DNA of 63,847 nt, counting the filler, from Octopus bimaculoides (Eukaryota), in NCBI RefSeq assembly GCF_001194135.2. It is 5 parts of 5 records of this genome, joined end to end, with 100 filler letters (N's around TTAATTAATTAA, not from the genome) between each part and the next. Parts side by side here need not be neighbours in the genome. Positions count along the whole stretch, not along the records: positions 50,560 to 59,942 come from NC_068982.1; positions 60,043 to 62,663 come from NW_026411435.1; positions 62,764 to 63,847 come from NC_068981.1; 2 more parts are not named here. The stretch is one strand, 5' to 3'. Under the pieces are notes generated by a model, which searched no databases, had not been told where the DNA came from, and saw nothing but the letters and a program-made list of their open reading frames with translations. The position numbers were made by a program, and so were the translations under genes. Within the stretch, counting starts at the first letter, position 1. Every line of letters starts with the position of its first letter. Of this stretch, positions 52,221 through 63,847 are shown one piece after another.

Positions 52221-52603
52221 AATATTTTACATTGATGCAGATCTTTTGTTGAAGGAATCTCCGACCTCCTATCAATTGTAAATCTTCTCATTTTCAAAGA
52301 ACATTGGTTGTATATTCATGTATATTCATGCGGAGACAATTTGCGTTTCATAGCGATGCACATGTACTTTACTGCATATAAATATAAATAAATGAGTACC
52401 TAACTACGCATCCACAGTTATTAACAGAAAATATTCATTTTTCTTGATTATATTTGCTTTCTAATTGTGTTTTGCATTATCTGTCAGTATTCAGTGCAAA
52501 ATGATATGATTTTCTCGTATAGCTTTTGCTTTGATTTCTTATTCGAATTGTATAGCATTGTTCACAGATCTAGAAGACATAGTTTTCAAACAATTACGCT
52601 ATC

Positions 52604-52604
<1 letters not shown>

Positions 52605-52677
<73 letters not shown>

Positions 52678-52695
52678 TTTCTTTCTTTCTTTCAT

Positions 52696-52727
<32 letters not shown>

Positions 52728-52728
52728 T
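52605..52728 (+). repeat. (TTTC)n tetranucleotide microsatellite
   Basis: Directly visible. Confidence 0.95.
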
Positions 52729-54699
52729 CGTTACTACTACCATCACCATGGTTCTGTAGCCATATACAATTGTAAAATTAAAAAAAAAATTGTGACTAAA
52801 TTTTTATGCTGTTGATAATAAATATCGCCATTTTTTTTCTTTCAGTGATGATAAGATTTCAGTGCACAAACATGAGTAATCGCTACACATATGTTTAAGT
52901 AATAATATTTAACTAACAGTGGTAGTTGTCAGTCGGCGGTATATTAACAATATTAACATCATTTACTATAGAATACACCGCGTGAGTTATATTTACTTAG
53001 AAATATCTTATTTAGTAATTGTTTAAACACTACTTGTGTAATGGGATTCAGGAACATATACTTATTTACTAATGGAAGTGGTTGTATTTCGTTAAATGCT
53101 GTTAGAGGAAATAGCTTTTGAAAGAAGATCTGATACGAGATAACATTGTCAGTGTTTAACTGGTATAAAGAACCTTTCACTTGATGGATATGAGACATTA
53201 CAAAAAGGGTTATATCTTTTATTTTCGACTTGTTTCAGTCATTTAACTGCGGCCATGCTGGTGCATGCAGAAGTTTTAGTGAATGAATCGAACCCATAAC
53301 TTAGTTTTTAAGACCGGTACTTATTCTAGCGGTCTATTTTGCCGAAGCGCTGTGTTACGGGGAAGCTAACAGATCAACACATGCTGGCAAGCAGTGGTGG
53401 CAGAAAAACACAAACACAAATACACACACACGTGTATATATATATATATATATATATATNNNNNNNNNNNNNNNNNNNNNNNNNNNNNNNNNNNNNNNNN
53501 NNNNNNNNNNNNNNNNNNNNNNNNNNNNNNNNNNNNNNNNNNNNNNNNNNNNNNNNNNNNNNNNNNNNNNNNNNNNNNNNNNNNNNNNNNNNNNNNNNNN
53601 NNNNNNNNNNNNNNNNNNNNNNNNNNNNNNNNNNNNNNNNNNNNNNNNNNNNNNNNNNNNNNNNNNNNNNNNNNNNNNNNNNNNNNNNNNNNNNNNNNNN
53701 NNNNNNNNNNNNNNNNNNNNNNNNNNNNNNNNNNNNNNNNNNNNNNNNNNNNNNNNNNNNNNNNNNNNNNNNNNNNNNNNNNNNNNNNNNNNNNNNNNNN
53801 NNNNNNNNNNNNNNNNNNNNNNNNNNNNNNNNNNNNNNNNNNNNNNNNNNNNNNNNNNNNNNNNNNNNNNNNNNNNNNNNNNNNNNNNNNNNNNNNNNNN
53901 NNNNNNNNNNNNNNNNNNNNNNNNNNNNNNNNNNNNNNNNNNNNNNNNNNNNNNNNNNNNNNNNNNNNNNNNNNNNNNNNNNNNNNNNNNNNATATTATA
54001 TATATATATACACATATATATATATATGAGACAGGCTTTTTCAGTTTTCGTCCATGAAATCCAATCAAAAGTCTCCGGTCATTCCGAGGCTGTTGTAAAA
54101 GACACGCAGTGGGACTGAACTTGGAACCATGAGGCTGACAAACAAGCGTCTTACCACACAGCCACACCTATATAGAAACACTTATAATATTTCAACTCGA
54201 AAATTTCTCTCAGCAATGATATAACTAAGCAAAAGAATCTATAACTAAGCCTACCTTTTTATAAGTAGTAGCAGAACTATTGTAAATCTTCAAATTTCAA
54301 TTATTTGTAACAATTATCAGAAAAACGAACCTTTAAGGGAAACGAAATAGAAAGTAACCCTACAACTATCCTCAAGAGGATATAAAGAAAAGAAGCAAAT
54401 AATTCTAAAGAAGATTTCAATGAATCAGTTAATACTTGTTGCTGACTTGTGAAATTCAAGTAGAAATATTTTCTGTGAAAACTTTTTCATTTATTTCTTT
54501 TGTAAATGCTCAGTGTTGGTAGCATGAATTATATTTGGTTATTACATGCATGATTGAATCAGATAACGGCGTGTCAAATACCAAACGATATAATGGTAAC
54601 AGTTATATATTTGAAAAAATATATTTATATATTATATGAATATAGACAGGTCTGTTGTGACAATTTATGCAGTAAAATTTTCTTTTGTATGTTATTCAT

Positions 54700-55030
54700 T
54701 AGCTGTCGATCTGGCACTCCGTCAGTTACGGCTACGAGGGTTCCTCTTGATCCGATCAAGGGAGCAGAGTACAGACTACACGTGAAATTAACGTACAAGT
54801 GCCTGAGCATTTCACATGTACACGAAGCCTTTACACGTTTCTCAACGGGATTCAGCGTGACACAGAATGTGATAAGGTTGGTTCATTGAACTACAGGCAT
54901 ACCTCAGTTTTGTTAACTGATTGGACTGGAGCAACGTGAATTGAAGTTTCTTGCTCAGGGATAGGGCGAACTGGCAAAAGTCGAACTTACGCCCTTACGA
55001 TCGTGGCCGAACATTGTAACCATTAAGCCA
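54700..55030 (-). mobile_element. tRNA-derived SINE (family B)
   Basis: Reverse complement of the 488-862 body; a shorter related copy lies at ~59040-59250. Confidence 0.6.
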
Positions 55031-55223
55031 TAGACAACAAAAGGACAGAAAGAAGGAACAAACTCACCGTAACACATTTTGAATGGCTTATATATTATAC
55101 TCAATTTGATTAAACAATGCAATCATTACATCAATTTAAAATGCAGAGAAATCCTCAGCTGCACAAAGACACAGAATTTAATTAAAACTTTCACTACACA
55201 CTGTCTTCCGTATTAACCATTTA

Positions 55224-55254
<31 letters not shown>

Positions 55255-55541
55255 NNNNNNNNNNNNNNNNNNNNNNNNNNNNNNNNNNNNNNNNNNNNNN
55301 NNNNNNNNNNNNNNNNNNNNNNNNNNNNNNNNNNNNNNNNNNNNNNNNNNNNNNNNNNNNNNNNNNNNNNNNNNNNNNNNNNNNNNNNNNNNNNNNNNNN
55401 NNNNNNNNNNNNNNNNNNNNNNNNNNNNNNNNNNNNNNNNNNNNNNNNNNNNNNNNNNNNNNNNNNNNNNNNNNNNNNNNNNNNNNNNNNNNNNNNNNNN
55501 NNNNNNNNNNNNNNNNNNNNNNNNNNNNNNNNNNNNNNNNN

Positions 55542-55584
<43 letters not shown>

Positions 55585-55994
55585 CAACTAAAACCATAAG
55601 AGGCTGAGTATCTCAAGTAATTTAGAATAGTTAACTAGATTAAGGTTAATTTGTTAATTAATTGATTAATTATTGGATATGTTACAGCTGTTTCTGGAAT
55701 AGTCCAAGTGATATGTTAGAATCTCCATACATAAGTATTCCGTTATCAGAGACAAAGTGAGTATATATGAAAGTTGTAGACAGAAAATTCACAATTTATA
55801 AATGTATAAAGCAGTAGATTGAAGAATAAAGAATAAAACAGTAGATAGAAGAATACAGACAAGAGAATAATGGTCACAGCTCATCTTTTTCCAGAGGGTA
55901 TAGAGGTTGGTCCGCACTACTGGGAAGTTTCTGTAAACTAGTGAACAAACTTGGTGTAGACGATCGCACGGATCCCTACAACCCAGGATCTCCA

Positions 55995-56955
55995 CATTTC
56001 AACCTTAAAAACCACAGAGCGGATTTCATAACCAAACCCTCTATAAGGCTCATCTGACCTACCAAATCGGACGTAGGACGAATAGTTAGAATATACTAGA
56101 CAATAAAATATCTATAGTTAGAAAAATCAAACGTCAAATTATGGTCCCGCACAGGTAAAGTTATAACCTGGCTTCACCTCCTTGAAACTTTGATATCAAC
56201 AATTATTACACATTTTTTATCCCTCGTCTTCCTTAACAAAGCTCTCATTCTAGCTAAAATGCTAACAAGCATGACCCCTTAGAAACAGACGTAATTTCAA
56301 CTGCCAGAAAGATACTCATCTCCTTCGATGATAACCCTTGGTGACTATCCACCATTATTAATAATAATCGTAACAATTTCTTCGATATAACCATGGGCTC
56401 CTCTGATTCTGCTCGTGTCACGTATCTGGTCGGACTGTACCTCCTCCAGCGACTCCGCGTGTATTTCCCTAACATCTAATGGGGTTTGTATAGGGACGAT
56501 GCGTTGTTGATTACTACGGGTCTATCTAGATTCGCATGAAAGAAGACTAGAAATGATTTACATAAATTCTTTGCTAATTCTAATTCATCCTTCACTTTTG
56601 AAAACGTTCACAAAACAGTTAATTTTCTAGATGTTACTTTAGATTTAAAATCTTCACTATACTCCCCGTACCACAATCAATACCTCAGATACATTAGCAT
56701 AAAATCTAATCAGTGTAAATCTACCTTCGACAGAGTAATCAACGGCATATCTATAGAGATATCGGATCTCTCAACCACAGAGGAAATCTTCATTAGCCAC
56801 GCTACATACTATAACCAGGCGCTAGCTGCTAGCAGCTTTAACCAGTTATAGAAATACACACTTGCTTTAAAGTGTACCGTTTCTTGTTTCTTTTTCCAAC
56901 TTATTTCTTTCTTACTCTTCTTTGATAAAGGGTTTATCCAAAACGTTAGTCTACT
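55995..56955 (+). mobile_element. Penelope-like element reverse-transcriptase remnant
   Basis: KPSIRLI.PTKSDVGR, FDINNYY, FFDITMGSSDSARVTYLVGLYLL, WGLYRDDAL, VNFLDVTLDL, LRYISIKSN, YYNQALAASSF are PLE RT motifs with stops and frameshifts; no GIY-YIG domain seen. Confidence 0.8.
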
Positions 56956-57189
56956 TCTTTTATGGTGCCTTTATTTGTTGTGGCGTACAATTCACACTGC
57001 ACAACTTTTTATGCTAATCCATTTTGTATACATTGTTTCCAACACCTTTGAAAGATTTTGTATCATTGTCGTAATCTCTCATGTTGACCAACTGTCCGTT
57101 TCTTATTCCCATGGTTCTATTTGTGCTGTTTTCTCTATACCTATGCATACATAGATACATACATACACACTCACGTACACGTCCTCACA

Positions 57190-57261
<72 letters not shown>

Positions 57262-59602
57262 CACACTGATATATACTATTTCTTCAAAACCAGTATTTGA
57301 AAACAAACAGTGAAATTAGCTTTCTAATTTATTCACAATAGTCTACAGTATGATTTATCTCAACAAACATCTCTGAAATATATAAAAAAAGATATAAGCT
57401 GCTGAGAATACATAAATATATAATGTATAATTGCGAAATATATTAGTTTACTGTCTGGCTTCGATAGATTTACTCTCCCCACTTTTCTGTTTTGGAGAAG
57501 TTAGAGCTTATTGCTAAACAATTATGCCATTAGAATGATGATGTCTAGCTTTTCCCTTTAATCCTCTATTTAACCAGTAAAATATAAATTAATGCTTGCA
57601 AACTAAATTTGGGTTCATAGTTCAGTAGTGGTAATACAAAGTGAGAAATATATGTCATAGTTTACATATTTGTATCATTTGTAAAGCAAAGCAAAACAGT
57701 ACAAACAACACTAAAGAAAAAATAGTGAAAAATCATCTCGTTTTCTCGAAGGATTGTATAAAAAATAAGTTAAATTTGGAGGAGGCAGCCAAGCAATTCA
57801 TTTTTCTATTCTGGCGTTATAATTTGTGTTGTAAATGTGATTCATAGTTTTATTATGGTAGACAATATTTATTTTAATAGGATTATAATATTACTATTAT
57901 GTATACCTAGACTACAAGATGGCTGTAGGTTTTTGTTATAATAGCTATTTGAATCAAATCATATTCAATATGATGACAATCACACAAAGAGGAAGAAAAT
58001 TTCACAAACTACTGCTATGCGTGCAGAGGGAATTTGTGTTACACTTTTGATATTAATCTTTGATATTTATGTGATATTGCTGGCATCAAGCGAGTCACGG
58101 GGGCTTCATGCTCCTGAATATTTTGTCGTAAAATAGAATTTTATAATACGAAAATTACTTAAAAGTTGACATGTATAACGATGGATGACAATGAGGGAAA
58201 TATGTTAAGCGTTACGGAATGCATATTACGACCAGATTTTTTAATAAATGCACTGTCATCATGATTCAGGAGGTAGCTGCACCGTGTAACTAAATATCGA
58301 GGTCCTAATTCTTAGCATGGCAAAATGCTCTAAAGATTTGTAAAACCTGAAATTAGATAGCACATGCTAGGAGAGACTTGAGAGCTTTTGAGCACAGGGG
58401 GTTTGAGACGGAAGGTTGTAGATTCTTTTCCTTAGTGAAATACGATAAATTGAAAACGTTCTTTTTATATTTCACATAGGCAACCAGTATTTCCGGGTAT
58501 GGGAATAATAATGCAAGAGTTAAGGAATGGAGTAGATAAGATCCGGGCTACATGTGTTTCATAGCGAGAGGAGCCTCGGGTGTGGTAAAAATCCAAGCGA
58601 AGTGTATACTGATGGCTATTCTCCAGGCCAAGGATATTTTGATTAAATGAAAGTTTAGATTGTCGCGAACACATGGAAATCTCAATCAGAATATCGAGGT
58701 CCTAATTGTTTTTATAACAATATGGACTAAAGATTTGCTAAACCTGAAATTGGATTGAATATGCTGGAAGAAACTTGAGAGCTTTTGAACACAGGTGTAA
58801 CTCACAGAAGGGACATGTTTGTGTGTGTGTGTGCGTTTGTATGTTTGTGTGTGCACGTTTGTTTGTGTACATATAAATATATATATATGCACCAGCATGA
58901 CCGCAGCCACTTGGCTGAAACACATAAATAAATATATATATATATATACACACATACACAGAGAGGAAGAGAGAAAGAGAGGAACACCAAAACCATTAGT
59001 TTGTTTTTATTGTTTTATACATACATTAATAATACTAAATGTAGTCCGTCGATTACAACGACAGGGATTCCATCTGATCCGTTCAACGGAAAGAACCTGC
59101 TCGTGAAACGAGCGTCCAAGTGGCTTAACGTCGCCCCCCAGGTGTGTTCAGCTTCACACAAAATCTAATAAGGCTTGCCCTATAAAACGTAGATGCTGCT
59201 AATTTTTGCTGGCTGAGTAGACTGGAGCAACGTGAATCAAAATGTCTCCGTATTCTTCGGTATAAACTGCATAAAATTTTTATAATTCGACGAAGCGAGC
59301 CTAAGATTTACCCATCGGATGAAATACATTGCTTACTCTGAATAGTCCTGGATTATATCTGACTGCTCATACAGAATCTGCTTAGATACTTTATTCCTAT
59401 CTATTCATTACGTACTTACATGCATATATATGATATATGACATACATACATATATATGTGTGCATATATATACGTACATACAAACATATATGTATCAAAA
59501 CAGTTTGATTCAAACTCCCTGGGAATCTGAATTTCAAACGTGCAGCAAGTTTTCGGTCGTTACAGCTACTCAATGCAGTATATCACTTCCTAATTTAAGA
59601 CA

Positions 59603-59942
59603 GTAGTGGCAACCATCCAGCCGCGGAAAACGGGACCGAAGCCGGCCGCTTCGAGGACGGCCTCGAAGTATCGTTGGTCTACCCTATCGAAAGCTTTGGA
59701 TTCCGCTTCTTGTGGAAAGGAAGCGTTCCGATGGTGAGGCGATCCGTTTGTTGCCAACACCCGCTGAAAGGAGGGCTGGGCATGCCGTGGCTGATGATGC
59801 GCAGACGTGCGCTGAGACTGCGACATCTCCGGCTCTACGTAGACGACGGTGAGCAGGTGTGGTCTCTGTTTGTGCGACGCGCTTTCCCGCAGCTCGTCTC
59901 CATGACCGAGCTGCAGTCGTAGATCAAAAAGAGGCCGAGGAA
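59603..59942 (+). mobile_element. Tx1/L1-like LINE ORF2 fragment with an inverted 5' segment
   Basis: Minus 59603-59700: SKAFDRVDQRYFEAVLEAAGFGPVFRGW. Plus 59701-59942: FRFLWKGSVPMVRRSVCCQHPLKGGLGMPWL...RLRHL. GC- and CpG-rich. Confidence 0.8.
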
Positions 59943-60042
59943 NNNNNNNNNNNNNNNNNNNNNNNNNNNNNNNNNNNNNNNNNNNNTTAATTAATTAANN
60001 NNNNNNNNNNNNNNNNNNNNNNNNNNNNNNNNNNNNNNNNNN
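59943..60042. other. Assembly spacer (44 N + TTAATTAATTAA + 44 N)
   Basis: Same 100-bp block. Confidence 0.95.
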
Positions 60043-60090
<48 letters not shown>

Positions 60091-60526
60091 TTGTACATCT
60101 ATCTATCTCTCTATCAATCTCTCTATCTACATACACACCCTCACACATGCACACGCACACACAGATATATACACACCCACACAAAGACACACATACACAC
60201 ACACATATCACCTGTGCCTACAAAATATTGGCAAATGCGAAAATAAATCAACGGATTTTGAAAAAATACTTTACAACATGAACTACATGTGTTCTTCGTA
60301 GTGTACACGATACTATAACAACAATAATGATAATAATAACAATAATAATAATGATGATGATGATGATGATGACGATGATAATAATGATGGTGATAATGAT
60401 GGTAGTGGTGATGATGATGATAAAAACAGACATTAGTTACATGTAATGGAGAAAACCAGCACACACATACACACACACACATACACACAAACATACATAT
60501 ACACGGATGTGTGTCGCTACTATATA

Positions 60527-61250
60527 TACTCTTTACTCTTTTACTCTTTTACTTGTTTCAGTCATTTGACTGTGGCCATGCTGGAGCACCGCCTTTAGTC
60601 GAGCAAATCGACCCCAGGAGTTATTCTTTGGAAGCCTAGTACTTATTCTATCCGTTCTCTTTTGCCGAACTGCTAAGATATGGGGACATAAACACACCAG
60701 CATCGGTTGTCAAGCGATGTTGAGGGGACAAACACAGACACACAAACACACACATATATATATATATATATACATATATATACNNNNNNNNNNNNNNNNN
60801 NNNNNNNNNNNNNNNNNNNNNNNNNNNNNNNNNNNNNNNNNNNNNNNNNNNNNNNNNNNNNNNNNNNNNNNNNNNNNNNNNNNNNNNNNNNNNNNNNNNN
60901 NNNNNNNNNNNNNNNNNNNNNNNNNNNNNNNNNNNNNNNNNNNNNNNNNNNNNNNNNNNNNNNNNNNNNNNNNNNNNNNNNNNNNNNNNNNNNNNNNNNN
61001 NNNNNNNNNNNNNNNNNNNNNNNNNNNNNNNNNNNNNNNNNNNNNNNNNNNNNNNNNNNNNNNNNNNNNNNNNNNNNNNNNNNNNNNNNNNNNNNNNNNN
61101 NNNNNNNNNNNNNNNNNNNNNNNNNNNNNNNNNNNNNNNNNNNNNNNNNNNNNNNNNNNNNNNNNNNNNNNNNNNNNNNNNNNNNNNNNNNNNNNNNNNN
61201 NNNNNNNNNNNNNNNNNNNNNNNNNNATAGACGGAAACTGAAAGAAGCGC

Positions 61251-61252
<2 letters not shown>
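60527..61252 (-). mobile_element. SINE family A spanning a gap
   Basis: 60527-60750 closely matches 43061-43270; AGACGGAAACTGAAAGAAG resumes after the gap, but in + orientation, so the two sides may be separate copies. Confidence 0.65.
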
Positions 61253-61281
<29 letters not shown>

Positions 61282-61284
61282 TGA

Positions 61285-61664
61285 TAGAAATAAGCGCTAA
61301 ACCGCTCTAATACTATAATAAACGCACATTAATGAAAATATACTCTAACAGGGACCACGATCATCTGAAAAGTGCTGATCGAGAACTTTTAATACTGACG
61401 TCAGTTTTGGCTATTTCCGTTGCCTCATCAGTTAAGCCCGCTCGATTGTTCGGCTCATTTCGGACTCGCTTCGCTATTAGTATTTATCTTTTCGTCATCC
61501 AATTGATTGGATGAACTAGCGATTCGCTAATGTGTATATATAAAATTGATATAAACAACAGTTTGGAATGTTTCACCAAAAGGGAGAATTATAATTGTCA
61601 CTAGATGTGATTAGGGTGTTAGAAATACCAACATTTTAGCTCTTATATCTAGCCTAACACCCTA
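61285..61664 (-). mobile_element. Second, permuted copy of the hammerhead-bearing repeat with a short inverted cap
   Basis: Homologous to 48823-49103 with block order swapped; TAGGGTGTTAG...CTAACACCCTA inversion at 61612-61664. Confidence 0.65.
61389..61435 (-). ncRNA. Type I hammerhead-ribozyme-like motif (G12A)
   Basis: Minus strand: TTAA-CTGATGA-GGC(aacggaaata)GCC-AAA-ACTGACGTCAGT-A-TTAA, giving a 4-bp stem I, stem II, palindromic stem III and GUA site. Confidence 0.55.
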
Positions 61665-61762
61665 CACACACAAGGTGCGTAAGGTATTTGAGGACATACC
61701 TTTTTGGAGCCATTGCAGCATTTTTTGCTAACTCTGTATAATCTTTATTTCAGAAAATAATA

Positions 61763-62315
61763 ATGGCAGACTCTCAGCTTACTCAAGAAATGAAGAGGCA
61801 TTGTGTTATTGTGGTTATAAAGGCTGAGCATAGCGATTTAGAAATATTTCAATTTTTAAAAGTTTGTAAGGAGCTAGAGACTGAAGATGGAAACGTATCA
61901 CCAGTATCAAAGCATAAAAAGCATTCCAAACGCTCTGAAAACATCAGAACAACTGAATTTATCCAACAAATTCAACAGGTCATCGATTACGATCCTAGGA
62001 AGTCCATGAGATCAGTTGCAAAATATCTCCATGTGTCAGAAGGAACAATGAGAAATGTTGTCCACGAAGACATCAGATATAAGTCTTATATGACGAGGAA
62101 AGATCAATTTGTCAGAAAAAGCAAAAGAAAATCCCTAAATCAGATCTAAAAAGCTCTTAAACAAACTGAAAAATCCAGCAGAAGAAGATTTGATTTGGTT
62201 TTTCTCAAATTAGAAAAGACTTCCACCAAGATCAAAAAGTTAACAGAAGAAATGACAAATGGTTATGTGCAGACCCTTCTGAAGTTCCATGTGTTATGTA
62301 TACAAAATTTTCTGC
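61763..62315 (+). pseudogene. Tc1/mariner-superfamily (maT/DD37D-like) transposase N-terminal remnant
   Basis: MADSQLTQEMKRHCVIV...DPRKSMRSVAKYLHVSEGTMRNVVHEDIRYKSY (HTH) and, after frameshifts, KLLNKLKNP..DLIWFFSN*KDFHQDQKVNRRNDKWLCADPSEVP..TKF; truncated before the remaining catalytic residues. Confidence 0.7.
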
Positions 62316-62663
62316 CCCCTGTTGCCACCACTACTTGTTTTAGGCTTAGCAGCCCTTCCTGTTTGTTTTCATTGTCCTGTTTGTGTTACCACATTTGACC
62401 CTCCGCAAAATCCAAAATTTTATTTAATTTGCTTTGCGGGAGCAACTGTTTTATCGAAAGCGTATCTTGTTAAATGCTCGAAATACGAGACTAGGAAAAC
62501 AGCCAACAACTGATGAAGGGTCGTTCTTTGTGTTGTTTGTCTTGTTTTCCATTTGTGTCTTTCGTTGTTCAAAAAAATAGTTCATATTCCATGTACTCGT
62601 ACTTCATATTTTCTCTTGTACACGTTTCATAACGGAGATGTACTTGCATAGCAAGTACATCTG

Positions 62664-62763
62664 NNNNNNNNNNNNNNNNNNNNNNNNNNNNNNNNNNNNN
62701 NNNNNNNTTAATTAATTAANNNNNNNNNNNNNNNNNNNNNNNNNNNNNNNNNNNNNNNNNNNN
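62664..62763. other. Assembly spacer (44 N + TTAATTAATTAA + 44 N)
   Basis: Same 100-bp block. Confidence 0.95.
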
Positions 62764-62798
<35 letters not shown>

Positions 62799-63233
62799 CA
62801 TAATACATACTACCACTATCACTCAAATAAGATTTTTTTTATTATTATTTTTCTTGAAGGTCTCTTTGACTTTCTTACTGTTATTGTTGTTGTTGGTGCT
62901 ATTATTGTAATATTACTTACGTATTTATGCTTGTGTCCTCTGGAATCTTATAATTTGTTTCATGGAAAGTAATGTACATCATATACCCAGAGGAGTCAGA
63001 AAAATTCAACAGGAATTAATCATATTCCACCCAATGAAGTGCCCATACACATGGCTGTTGCTGAAAAATATTCAACTATATAGTAATTATAAAGAATGAT
63101 CTCGTATAATGGTATATGAATATAAACTCTGCAACTTAAAGTTGGTGTGCAGTATAGTAGCAAATGTTGTGATCTACTATAAAAGCCTTTTATCTTCCAT
63201 CCTCATGTTATAATATTCTCATACATCATACAT

Positions 63234-63273
<40 letters not shown>

Positions 63274-63298
63274 GTATGTATATATGTGTGTATGTGTG

Positions 63299-63348
<50 letters not shown>

Positions 63349-63610
63349 TGTATGTATGCATGTGCCTCTATCTGTGTGTGTGCCTTTGTGTCTGTGTTTG
63401 TAAATCACCACCAGCTTGACAACAGTTGCAGGTGTGTTTACATCCCTGTAACTTAGCAGTTTGGCAATAAAGACCAATAGAATAAGCAGTAAGCCTCGAA
63501 AAAAATAAGCCTTCGGGTTGATTTGTGTGACTAAAATCCTTCAAGGTGGTGACCCAGCATGGCTGCAGTAAAAATTGACTGAAACAAATGAAAGATATGT
63601 ATATATATAT

Positions 63611-63847
63611 ATCATCATCATCATCGTTTAACGTCCGCTTTCCATGCTAGCATGGGTTGGACGATTTGACTGAGGACTGGTGAAACCGGATGACAACACC
63701 AGGCTCCAATCTAATTTGGCAGAGTTTCTACAGCTGGATGCCCTTCCTAACGCCAACCACTCAGAGAGTGTAGTGGGAGCTTTTACGTGTCACCCGCACG
63801 AAAACGGCCACGCTCGAAATGGTATCCTTTATGTGCCACCCGCACAA
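63611..63847 (-). mobile_element. RTE LINE 3' tail, young subfamily
   Basis: Reverse complement of 1-212 with only a few substitutions; preceded by a + strand SINE A 3' half at ~63370-63597. Confidence 0.85.

Noticed and set aside
62455-62530. GAAA...CTGATGAAGGG motif (also CTGATGA at ~14711 and ~16954)
   Set aside because: No consistent stem II/GAAA/stem III arrangement could be built; the 7-mer alone is expected by chance.

Overview
Eukaryotic, AT-rich, microsatellite-dense draft-assembly DNA. The repeat families suggest a coleoid cephalopod, probably Octopus (inference). One intact protein-coding gene is supported: TAF10 (TFIID subunit 10), with four coding exons on + (27692-27838, 29926-29990, 41817-41928, 45301-45390; 137 aa, all GT-AG) and an unlocated upstream exon. 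The rest is repeats: many RTE-LINE 3' tails ending in (GAT)n, several tRNA-derived SINE families, a TIR-to-TIR dead mariner, further mariner/maT-like, Gypsy, hAT, Tx1/L1-like, Penelope-like and KRBA2-like integrase remnants, and several foldback/MITE elements. The most unusual signal is a ~350-nt non-coding repeat family with a type I hammerhead-ribozyme-like motif (48855-48901 +, 61389-61435 -). Its copies are circularly permuted relative to each other and carry inverted ends, like a retrozyme or Penelope pLTR element; both copies have A in place of the catalytic G12. Four 100-bp N-TTAATTAATTAA-N blocks are assembly spacers. Repeat boundaries are by-eye estimates unless stated as exact; no searches were run.
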